Origin: Amoebophrya sp. A120
Taxonomy: Eukaryota; Protista; Dinoflagellata
DNA length: 64,000 bases
NCBI GenBank assembly: GCA_905178155.1
Contig: CAJINV010000028.1
Location: 107,235-171,234 of the forward strand
Reading direction: 5' to 3'
Position 1 is the stretch's first letter, and the number at the start of each line of letters is the position of its first letter. Under the pieces are notes generated by a model that saw only the letters and a list, made by a program, of their open reading frames with translations, did no database searches and was not told the origin of the DNA. The position numbers were made by a program, and so were the translations under genes. Of the stretch, positions 1 through 10,191 are shown one piece after another.

Positions 1-29
1 CTGCAAGTTTTTCTTTTTTGACTCCAGGG

Positions 30-617
30 CAGACCAGGGCGGCTGTTCAAAGTGCATGCGCCGCTCTGCGTCCCCCGGGGGGGGCGCGGCGCCACGCCCT
101 AACGTAGGCGGCCACCTAGGGTGGCCGCAACTTCACACAGTGCCCGCGCGCGGGCGCCAGGTGTCGCGTCTTTGTAGCGTCGCGAAAGTGGTTGCGACCA
201 AAGTAGCGAAAGTTTTTCTCTGCCCGTTGTCTCTCGGCGCAAGCATAGCGCATTAGCCTTCGCAAGCACATGCAGGCCCCGCCGCGTGCTCGCTGCCTAA
301 CAGGATTCCAGCTCGCCACCTTCTAGAAGCGGCGTTCCTCCTGTTCAGGGTGCACACCTGCAACAAACTCCCCCTCCAAGAAAGGCCAACAACCTCCGGC
401 CCCGGGCGCTGCTTTTTTCGGAAACAAAGAACGCAGGCCGCGGCGGTATCGCTGCGTGTGTGCGCTACGCTTTCTGGGCCAACCCCGTCAGACCGGCGCG
501 GCCCCGCCTGCTTTTTTGGCTGTGCAGCGGCGCGCCACCCTTGGCATTGCCTTCCCCGTTGGAACACCTCCCCCGAACAGCCTCCCTCCCCGGCGGCCTC
601 CGCCGGGGGGTGGCTGG
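30..617 (+). mobile_element. GC-rich non-autonomous repeat, Helitron-like (copy 1)
   Basis: About 140 bp at the 5' end and 120 bp at the 3' end match 6419-6879 in reverse complement; the middles differ. Contains the palindrome GCGGCCACC-TAG-GGTGGCCGC and a 3' hairpin CCCCGGCGG-CCT-CCGCCGGGG a few nt before CTGG|T. Confidence 0.6.
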
Positions 618-1246
618 TTATTATTACGCAAGATGCGAAATAAGTACTTAGTATGTCCTGTCCATCTTGAAGATTTCCTATGTGACACTGCCATACTTGA
701 ATTCGGAACTGGAACGGCGCTTCCGGTGTCGTACTCGTACTTGTAGTCGTTTCTATCTTCAAGCGGAGATCTATCTGGGTCCTCTGGAACCTGCTTCTGA
801 TCGTGGCTTCTGCATGTTGATGACCAGGTCATTTGTTCTACTTCGTGGATACCCCCCGCGGAACAATGGTCGTGCACTTCACGATCTCCACCGCCTTCGC
901 CCACTATGTAGATTTCCTGGTCCTGAAGCTGCCCCGCGGCGTTTTTACTCTCCGCTTCCGACAGATATCAACCGCAAATGTACACAAGAACTCTGGGAGG
1001 TTTGGATGACATTCACATGTGTCTGCAACGTTCGAGAACCGTGGATGACACGTGGAGTGCTGCGCCCTACGCTACAGAGCAGGAGGCGCATCAGAGATTA
1101 TTGGTTGAAACCAAGACAAAGGTTCAACATGTAGATTGCTGGGCACATAGACACTGACACCAGTACGACCGCACTTTTGCATGATTTCCCTGCCAGCACA
1201 TACACATTCACATTCTTAATTGACCAATTTCCATGCTTGTGTTTTT

Positions 1247-4200
1247 ACCAGACAGAGTTCTCATATCTTTCAATGAATACGGAAGACGCCGCCAGGGCCT
1301 TGTCGTTGTGCTGCAGATGAGATGGCAACGGCCTGCTGCCCTCAGGCGATAATTCGTGTTTCATGCTACTGTCCACCCCCTCGTCTGGCACCGACGCCTC
1401 GCCGTCGTCCGCCTCAGATGCCGCGACGTCCTCGTCGTCTAGACTTCTATATGGATTGTAAAAGTGTCTGGGTCTGGAAGGATGCGAACTTGTGATGCGC
1501 ATTTCACAACTCAGAGAAATCCCTCATGCATAGGCAGCAAAAGGTGCCCACTTCCTGTCACCAAAGTGGGGGATTTGTCATGCGGATTCAGCAATGCGGA
1601 AGCTTCTCGAAATCTCTCATGCTAGGCCTTCCATGACAGACATTTTGCGTCATGCAAAAACAGCATGACAAAAATCTGCATTCTTTCAGACCCAGACACT
1701 TTTACTTTTGATATTCTAGACGACCGCTCTGATGCCTCCACGTCGTCCTCCAACAACATCCCGTCGTCTTCGCACTGTGACTGTAGTGGCGACGTTGAAA
1801 GTCAAAAATAAAATTCAATTTTGATGTTGAATGTCAAAAATAAAAGTATAAACACGCATTTCTGATTCTTCCATGTGAAATTGAGATTCATCGGAGAGAA
1901 AATACACATGCTGCTGCTCCGCAGCAGGGTGCTTGAGAAAACAAATTGACTTTGTTTCTAGAAGTAGCAAATTTGTGACTAGAAGGTGGCACGAGAAATA
2001 AATAGATACGAACAAAAACCGGTACAGGAAAACAGAATCCGTGGAGTCATTCTCAGTCAGCAAAACGAGAACCAAATACATATGTTGAAGAAAGTCAGCA
2101 CAAGATCGTCATGCAGATCTCGTAACAAGAAACACGATCACGAAGCATTAAGTGATCCCGTCATAACCATCAAACTCAAAAGCCATGTCGTAAGTAGAGT
2201 AATGCCTGGCCATCTACATCTTCTTTATCGGCACCGTGCGCGGCATCGTATCAACTGCAAATATGTCTGGGTCGGGAAAGATGCAGCAAGTTTGTGTTGC
2301 TGAGCCTTGTATGACAAGCCATGTCTTGTTGCACGGTCTGAATGCTTCACAAATTTCTGCTCGAGGAGTGGTATTACGAGCTCTATCGTGTTTCGCCTGA
2401 CGAACTGGCTTCCAGCACAACAAAGGAAGTGGCTACTTAATACTCGTCATCGGGCATCACAGATCTTGCGGTCTTTGAAGTTTCGCATCACCAATCCAGA
2501 TGACGCGGACATTTTCGCAATGCATACACCGGGCAAATCGACTGAGTCTGCATTTCCGACACGAAAACTCGACCCGACGACTTCATGTGCTGGCGCGTGT
2601 CCTCGCTCGGCTGCCTGCGGTGGTTTTGCTTCTGGTTTTGCGGCCGGGGAGCCTTTAATACTCTGCCTTGCCGAGGCTGAGGACGACTGTGGGACCTTGC
2701 TGGATTTCGCTGCGTCCTTCTTGCTCTTCTTCATTGTCTTCTTGAACTTCGCCGGCAGTGGCACTCCCCGATACTTCTTTTGCGTCTCCGCCCGAATCCG
2801 CTCTTGTCGCTCCGCGCCGTAATTTTCCACCTTGAGCACCTTGCCCAGATCGATCTCGTAGTGTTTCACGCCCTCTCCTATTTTCACGCTATAGAGGGCG
2901 AATAAGTGACCTTAGGGAGTGCTGCTAAGTACCCCTAGGAAAGGTCGCCGACTGTCACGCGGATTTGCTAAGTATCTTCTCGTGTTTTGTCATGCAAAGA
3001 GCACACGAAAACCACCACTCACTCACTTCCATGCAGTCCGGAGTCATTTTGATTTTTGGCGGGCGTTTTGCATCACATAAGGAGCTTATACTATAGACGA
3101 ATTCGCATCGTGACAGGCTGCCTTTTTTCTTCGGACTAGCAGCAGCCGGGAAGCTCACTCATTTCGCGTCCATACACGTGTAACCCATTCGAAAACTCGG
3201 CGTCGACAGCTTCCTATCCTATGGAAAAACGTCCCCAACCCAGAGTTGTGTAAGTATGCAAAAGCAAATCTGCATGCTGAAAATATTTCTCATGCGAAGT
3301 AGTCCCAGGAGAAGCAATTTTCGGTCGTGTTTCTTCGGTGGAATTTGACATACGGCCCCGATCAGCATGATAGGCTAGATCTGTGATGCTACAACTGAAC
3401 CAGCTAAACAGCACTTTTGCTCTACGAGGTCAAAGCTTGGTGATTTGTCTAGCAGATGCCTCATCTTTTTCTTTACTTTCGGGTGGGGACGCTTTATTTC
3501 CACAGGATACTTTCTCGCTCTCCCTGATCTCCTTGAACTCGACTTCGAAGGTGGGCGGCTCGGACTGGTAGCCGTTTCGGAACTATCAGACGGAAATATG
3601 TCTGGGTCTGGAAGAATGCAGGAGTTTGTCATGCAGATTTTGCATTACAACCGATGAGTTCTGTGATGCATGCCCTACTAGCGTCAGAGACTCTGCGAGG
3701 AATTTCTGATGCTCATACCGCATGAGAAATGCCCCTTACGCGGAGCACAAATTGCCCCTTTTTTGCTTTCATGCGCCACTGATTTTATGTGGAGTCCAAA
3801 GGTAGGATCACAAGCTGCATCCTTGCAGATGACCTAGACACATTCGCAACGCATAGGAACCGGACTCGCTTGAACTTCCGAAAGGTGCTGAAATTCTCGG
3901 CGGCTCGGTTCTCCTTGCTGATGAAGAGAGCGTGATTGCGATCCTTCCAGTCCCTGTATTCCACTTTTTTCTCGCCCGTCGCCATCACCTCAAATGGACC
4001 CATTTCGAGAACGAGCTGCAGCACCTCTTCCACCTCTGTTTCGTCGCTTTTGCTGTTCGTGCCGAGCGGTAGTTTAGAAGAGGACGCGCCTGCTTTGGCT
4101 TTTTTTGCCGGCCCCCGCCTTCTTTTTTTCACTTCGTCATCGTGCGGCATGTCGTCACCGCCCTGCGACTGTGGTAAGGTAACCTTAAGAATTTGAAAAT

Positions 4201-7200
4201 TACGAATTTCTTACTGCGCGAACATGCATTGTGGCGAGAATGTAGCGCAACCGCAACCAAAATTGGAATCATTCATTCTATAGTAGTGACGACTTGAAGA
4301 CAAGGGCAAGGACGACGATTTGATCAACAAAAAGTAAAACATAAACAGGTGCTGGAGATGTACAGAAAAACCCGAACCCGATGTAAGTGCTAGAGTCAGT
4401 CAGCGCAAATACGTTGAAAATACAGGCTGCAACAAACGTAAGCACATCTTCATCATGATCGGGACGATTATACATTGCAGGAAGAAGCCGCGGGGGCGGT
4501 TTCTCGCACTCCAAATTTCCCTTCTCGTGGCCGCATATTTGTCAACATGTCGACAGAAACAGAAATGTTTCCCGTTACGCTCGCAGTCCTGTTTGTTCGC
4601 GACGTCGTATTCTGCTCTTTCGCGGTGCTGTTGTTCAGCACGCCCACCGGCTTATTTCGCGCAACCTGTAATTCCATCTTCTTCGTCGCGCCGTCCTGTG
4701 GAACAGCAGGATCTTGACGTTGTGGAGATGCAGAGGCATTTAATACCGCGTCTCTGTCCGACATCTCCCGCATCTTCACCTCCTGCACGGAGTCGGACTC
4801 TTCACGCTCCTCGCAAGACCTAGTTTCGAGTTGCAGTTATTTGGTTAATATAAATATTCCTTTGAGCGATAACAGCGACAGTGCGTCGCATCACATTTTC
4901 CGCAAAAACTGGAAATCTGGGGGGGGCGTTCTGTTGCAGATGAGATCTTTGTTCCAACTACACTTGTATGTCAACATCAAGCAAAGAGAACGCCTTAGCT
5001 TACACTAACGGCACAGGTTCTTGCTCGGTATGGGTAAATTGGTGGACGCTGATACTACAGTGCTACTGTTGAGCATGCAGAAACTACACGCAAACCAAAC
5101 TATGTGGATCATGATCGGGATACTAGTAAGTTAGAGGAAACTACAAGCCCGGCCGGAAAACGGGGCTACCTTTTCTCTTGAATATGCACCACATTCCTAG
5201 GCCGCAGAAGTACTTACCAGTCGACCCACGGTCGTAACCGGAGCAGGACCCGCGCGGCTGCTTGCTCCTGGCTTGCCTTGGCATCCAGGGACAGTTTCGC
5301 TTCAGACCCATCCACGCATTTTCCATTGGGCAGGAAATCCGCACGAATCGCCGAAAACGACCGGCACAGCAGAAACGCCAGTATCAAATGCAAATAGGTA
5401 TGTCTGGGTCTGGAAACTTGTGATGCTGGACTATGGATGATTGAAATCATCGTCCCAATGCAGCCAAGCATGACAAGTTTGCCGAACACTTACACTTTCT
5501 GATGCGCGGTCGGCATAAGTAGAAGCTACGATTTTTTATGACAAAAAAGAGCGGCTTTTTGTATGTCACGCAATACAGATTTTACCGGAAAAATGTAGGC
5601 CTACAAGTTTCAGCTGTCGTACAGACCCAGACATATTTACAACCGATACCCAGATCGCTGGACACATCTCCATATGTATTGCAAAAGCATCGTAGTCGTA
5701 CTAGTTCTAGTACAAATCGCATGACAAATTTCCTCAGCATGAAAATGCGATTCGTAATGCAAAATTTTCGCCTAGAAAAATATAGATTTGTCATGCAAGA
5801 CCAAGACTGGCATTAATACGATCGCGATACCTTTATTGCACAGGATACTGCAGCGGCTCGCCGCCAGTCTTCGGTGTACTCGCGGACGGTTATGAAAGTG
5901 CACAACTCCCCCTCCCCCTCATTTGTAATGTAAAGTACCAGCAAAGAATCCACATGTTGTTTGCAGTTGTACGCACAGCTGTTTGCATGCGGTATTTTGG
6001 AACGACCACGAGCAGTGCTACAATCCGTGTGCAAATTTTTCATGCGGAAGCCCCCTTTCTGGCGTTGCTTGTGTTGCTGCTGACACTCTTTAAATGAGGG
6101 GGAACAATGGGAGTTGTTGTGCACTTTCGTAACGGTGAAGAACGGGTGTAGCCGAGGAAGCTTTTTATGCGGGCCGGCTGACGCAGCTTCTAGAATCGTA
6201 TGCATGGTAAACATGTCTGGATCCTCTTCGGGAAGATTGCGAGAAATCCCTTGTGGCAACCTTGATGCGGCCTTGGCGATGGCAGCCTGCCGGTACTCTA
6301 TGAACTGCAAAAGCATCGTACTAGTACAAATTGCATTTACAAATTTGCTCAGCATGAGTAATGGAATTCATCATGCTGTTTTACTTTGAAAAGAAGATTT
6401 GTCATGCATATACTGCAACCAGCCACCCCCCGGCGAAGGCCGCCGGGGAGGGGGCTGTTCGGTGGAGGTGTTCCGGTGGGGAAGGTGGCGCCAGCAATGA
6501 ATCGCTGCGCGCCGCTACACAACCAAATAAAAAGAGCCCGGCCCATGTTTCGGCATCGGTGGGCACCCTGGGGGGCGCGCCTCAAGGGCCCTGCCTGTGT
6601 TACTAATAGACGGCGCCAGGGCGCGTCCTACACTTCCACCTGCTGCTGCATGCCCGGCCTTAGTAGCTGCCTGCGCGCCGTAGGAAAATGCGCGCAGGAA
6701 ACTACTTCCGGGCGCCATTGTGCGAGACGCAACACGGGCGACGCACCTGCTGCCAGCGCGCGCGGGCGCTGTGGGAAAGAAGTTGCGGCCACCCTAGGTG
6801 GCCGACCAGGTTAAGGCGGGGCGCCGCGCCCCCTCTGGGGGACGCAGAGCGGCGCGCGCACTTTGAACGGCCGCTCTGATCTGAAAGCAAAAGCAATGCC
6901 AGCCGGTCGCTGCGCCCTAGCGAGCTCCTTGAGGAGGCGCCACGCGCAGACAGGTGGGCAGGCTGTGCTCCTGGAGGTGGTCCGCGAGGGGGTCCGCGAG
7001 AGGGTCCGGGAGAGGGTCACGGAGAGGGTCCGGGAGAGGGTCCCGGAGAGGTTCGGAGAGGGTCCGGGAGAGGTTCGGAGAGGGTCCCCGAGAGGATCCG
7101 GGAGAGGGTCGGAGAGGTCCCGAGAGGGTCCGCCGAGAGGTAAAGTAGAGGTTTCCGGAGAGGATCGCGTAGAGGGTCGCCCTATACTACGCACCCTCTC

Positions 7201-8248
7201 CAACCCTCTACACCCTCTTCCCCTACCCTCTATTTGACCTCTCCCCAACCTCTACCCTACCTCTGCGCGCGTATAGCCGCGCTTTAAGGGCGTCTATACG
7301 GCTCACCCTCTCCCTACCCTCTCCGTTACCTCTCGTTTTACCTCTCCCCGACCCTCTCAATTTGGCGGACCCTCTACTTTACCTCTCCGGCCCTCTATTT
7401 TACCTCTCTAAAACCTCTCCCCAACCTCTACTGTACCCTCTCCCGCCCCGTTTTCTTCCATATATAAATATATTAATTAGTACGACTACGATACTTTTGC
7501 ACAGGATATACTCCAGGTTCTTGATGATCTGCTGGACGATACCGTTCTTGAAGATACCTTTGCCCTATAAAATGCAAAAATGCTTGGGTCTGGAAGGTTC
7601 TGAGGCTTGTCATGCACGTTTTGCATGAGCCATGACGTCTGTGATGCATGCCCTAGCATCACAGATTTTTTGAGGGCTTCTTGACGCCTATTCCGCATGA
7701 CAAATGCCTTTTCCGCGTAGCAAAAAATGCGTTCCCCTTGCTGCTCATGCAACACAGATTTTTTTGAAATCCATATGCAGCATCCCAAGTTGCATTCTTC
7801 CAGACCCAGACATAATTTTTGCATTTGATATGCCTCCACTCGACGTCGGGGCAGCAAACCGCGGATGGAGCCTCAGCAAGCGAGCGTTGGTGCATCTCCC
7901 CCCGCACGCGTGGCTGTACGTCCAAGAGGCCCAGCCGGATGGGGCGTTCACGGTGGAATCGCAGCATAGGGTACAATACGGCGAGCGGGAGTCGGGCAGG
8001 TCGACGACATAGAATAACAGTTGGTAATCCTTTTCCGCATCCGTCAAAAGCGAACCACAGTTGTTGTCTTGTGCGGCCGAGAGGACTGTGGCACTAATCT
8101 TCTCCATCACGGTCTTCTCCTCCTCCTCCATCGGTGAAAGAGGCGGCTCCTGCACGTCGGCGTTGGACGAATTGTCCTCTGAGCGCGGCATTTTCCGGTG
8201 CGGCACTTTTCCTTGCGGTGATAACGATACCCTCCTCCTGCTGGGCAA
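1247..8248 (-). CDS. Multi-exon protein with an ASCH (PUA-like) domain, otherwise low-complexity; start and end approximate (may extend to about 654)
   Basis: Exons join in frame from about 8248 to 2205 after removing 9 IR/DR elements and two GT-AG introns (4820-5217, 4184-4473). The link across about 1800-2200 to the exons around the tenth element (1450-1713) is unresolved. Rebuilt domain: LQLVLEMGPFEVMATGEKKVEYRDWK...KRVRFRNGYQSEPPTFEVEFKEI...FSNGLHVKIGEGVKHYEIDLGKVLKVENY. Confidence 0.75.
1450..1713. mobile_element. Introner-like non-canonical intron, family A
   Basis: Perfect TTCTA direct repeats (1445-1449, 1714-1718). TIR TAT..GTAAAAGTGTCTGGGTCTG. Removal gives in-frame ..SERSSRSLDDED.. 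Confidence 0.9.
2249..2526. mobile_element. Introner-like non-canonical intron, family A (degenerate right end)
   Basis: CATCG/CACCG direct repeats. Ends TATCAACTGCAAATATGTCTGGG ... TTTCGCAATGCATA. Frame stays open across the junction. Confidence 0.8.
2890..3174. mobile_element. Introner-like intron, family D
   Basis: CACGC/CACGT direct repeats. Ends TATAGAGGGCGAATAAGTGA and (rc) TATGGACGCGAAATGAGTGA. Removal gives SNGLHVKIGEG. Confidence 0.75.
3215..3509. mobile_element. Introner-like intron, family C
   Basis: CTTCC/CTTTC direct repeats. TIR TATCCTRTGGAAA..CGTCCCCA. Removal keeps the ASCH frame. Confidence 0.85.
3584..3855. mobile_element. Introner-like non-canonical intron, family A
   Basis: Perfect GGAAC direct repeats. 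Removal rebuilds the ASCH motif RVRF|RNGY. Confidence 0.92.
5382..5648. mobile_element. Introner-like non-canonical intron, family A
   Basis: GCCAG/CCCAG direct repeats. TIR core TATGTCTGGGTCTG / CAGACCCAGACATA. Frame restored. Confidence 0.88.
5673..5847. mobile_element. Introner-like non-canonical intron, family B
   Basis: CTCCA/CTGCA direct repeats. Ends TATGTATTGCAAAAGCATCG ... TTGCACAGGATA. Confidence 0.87.
5891..6131. mobile_element. Introner-like intron, family E (stop-free, hidden inside ORF 5813..6355)
   Basis: Perfect ACGGT direct repeats. TIR TAYGAAAGTGCACAAC..TCCC. Element + 5 = 246 nt (3n). Confidence 0.82.
6419..6879 (-). mobile_element. GC-rich Helitron-like repeat (copy 2), nested in the 6299-7508 element
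   Basis: Reverse-complement match to both ends of 30-617. On the minus strand it begins A|TC and ends hairpin + CTGG|T. Confidence 0.6.
6973..7445. repeat. Fold-back array: GAGAGGGTC-type tandem units facing ACCCTCT units
   Basis: Roughly 17 units of 10-13 bp GAGAGG(G)T at 6973-7180, then roughly 20 complementary ACC(C)TCT cores at 7193-7445 (counted by eye). Confidence 0.85.
7566..7830. mobile_element. Introner-like non-canonical intron, family A
   Basis: TGCCC/TGCCT direct repeats and family-A TIRs. Removal gives TSSGG|KGIFKNG in frame. Confidence 0.9.
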
Positions 8249-10191
8249 GAATAAACTGGCAGAGACCTCTTGCTCCGCGATCCTCCTGGTGTCCTTTGTG
8301 GATAGTTCTTACAGGCACTGTTACCGTGGTCGCCTGCGGTCGTTACGCTCATTGATTTTCTGAGATTCTGAGACGCCGCCACAATGTCTTTCGAGTTTAC
8401 AAAATTCAAATATCTTTAATATTAGGTCGACCACCAAATGGAAATCAGAGAAAATCAATGTAACTGCGTCGTTGCTCTTTTACTGTGTCCGGTCCATAGA
8501 TATGATCATGTTCTAGAGCAACTTCTTTATTACAACGGGAAGACATCAAAAAGCAACAATATTTTTAAAGAACTACTCTCTCAGGTAATAAATTGTACTG
8601 TCGAGGAAAGACGAGGCCATGTTGAAAAAGACAGTGTTGATGATCAGTATACAAAAATTTGCTTTACCAGAATGTTGACAAATCGCACTGCTAGGTGCAC
8701 CCCCGATGGAAAAAAAAAGAACCTGAACTACAACACCGACCAGCGCAACTACAAGGACGTTACCGCTGCCGCTCGTGGCAAATCAGTTTATATTTCTCTA
8801 ATATGCCTGCGCGCAGTGGTGTTTACAGAATTTACAGCAATAGCCAAGAGGATCATCAACAAACTACAAGTTTCAGCCGCACGGCGGATGCGAACGTTGA
8901 TCTTCTGGTGAAACGCAACGACTCTACTACAGCAGTAGGCCCGCCAGAAATCATTCATCTGCCAGCTGACTCAACAATGTCCTTCATGATGGCCACACCT
9001 AAGGTCGTTCCTCAGTACGACCTCTGGATCATTTATTTGTGCGTCTCTGGTGCACCACCGGGTGGTTGCAATGAATGTTACGGATCGGGATCGCACGTGA
9101 TCATACGTTACTCCTGATAGAAAGTTGCACATGATCTTCACAAGTAGACAGCTGTCAACGTGCTCAGCCGTTGTAGGGATCACTCGAGCGGAACAATGCA
9201 TCTTCGACGGAACCACAAGATAGCGACAACGATCGCAACATATCTTCTCGGACAACCGGCGGCAGATTCAGATTCAGTATTCTGAAGCACTCGTGGATGA
9301 GTGTTACAGATGCTCGCTCGTGGTGAGCGGCGGTAGAAATGTTTTTTCTCGAGATAGGCAGCGAAAGACCAAAACTGCCACGCTCAACCCTGCTTAGCCT
9401 ACGCACAACCTTTGACCTGCTACCAAGAAACCAATAGAGGGCGCAAAAGCCTACGCCTACCAACCAGAACTACCGTAAGTGCCTATCATAGCCAATGCTT
9501 CTTACCTACCGATACTAAAACAAGCGCAAGCCTGCTCCTTCGCATAAGAAAAGTGACCAATGAATAGAGCCAACCTACCTAAATACCAACCAATAGAGAG
9601 CCGACCAGCAGTCGTGAGTGCCTATGAAATATATAACTATAAGGGTTTTTAGATTTCGCTGTGTAGCAGTACAAGAGACAACACTCCTTCTGCGCCGGTT
9701 TTCCTTTTACCTTTCGAGGAGCATGCCCTTTTGCCTCTTTTAGAGACTTTGCTTTATTTTTCGAAAATTAGTTATAGTTTTGTATATTCTTATTTCGCCT
9801 GTACCGTTGCTGTGTGATCGTTTTTCACTCTGACAACATCTTCTTTATGATATATATCAAGTACAACTGTAGGTATATGTAACTATAATCTTTGCCGACT
9901 TAGTTTTACCTCTTCTCCGTGACAGAGTGATTCAGATATTCATTTTATTGAAAAGAAAATATGATCATCACGCCGTTTCTTGTTCAAATCTCGATGAAAA
10001 AAAACGAGCGGACTTTCGATGATGACGTACAGGTACAGGTCCGAGCACTACTTATTCCAGAAAGTGACTCTGGGTGATATAGCAAAAGTTTTTTCAAAAA
10101 GTTGACATTGGCACGAAAGCCGCAATTTTTTAGTTTTCAAGTTTAAGACCGAGAGCGAGATCTTAAGCAATGTGTTGCAAAATAAAAAGCG

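Larger units (their letters stand above)
6299..7508. mobile_element. Family B introner-like intron enlarged to 1210 bp by nested cargo
   Basis: Perfect TACTC direct repeats (6294-6298, 7509-7513) and family-B ends. Removal joins ..IKNLEY|RQAAIAK.. in frame. Confidence 0.88.

Noticed and set aside
6199-6230. Family-A-like left end TATGCATGGTAAACATGTCTGG
   Set aside because: There is no partner end or matching direct repeat and it lies in an open exon, so it is not called as an element.
30-6879. One 6.9-kb transposon with long TIRs
   Set aside because: The right copy is nested inside an intron element, the middles differ, the enclosed DNA is a host gene that continues past 6879, and there is no transposase.
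6811-7248. ORFs 6811..7248, 6863..7237 and 6954..7148
   Set aside because: They are artefacts of the tandem array inside an intron element.
1450-7830. CRISPR-like array from the recurring TGTCTGGGTCTGG motif
   Set aside because: Copies are inverted pairs about 270 bp apart with irregular spacing in a eukaryotic gene, and there are no cas genes. They are TIRs.
8438-9117. Plus-strand ORFs of 157 and 140 aa as a transposase or other gene
   Set aside because: There is no recognisable motif, so no product can be supported.
9627-9890. TAACTATAA motifs resembling the start of the I-CeuI/LSU rRNA site
   Set aside because: The match is only about 9 nt in AT-rich intergenic DNA, with no rRNA context.
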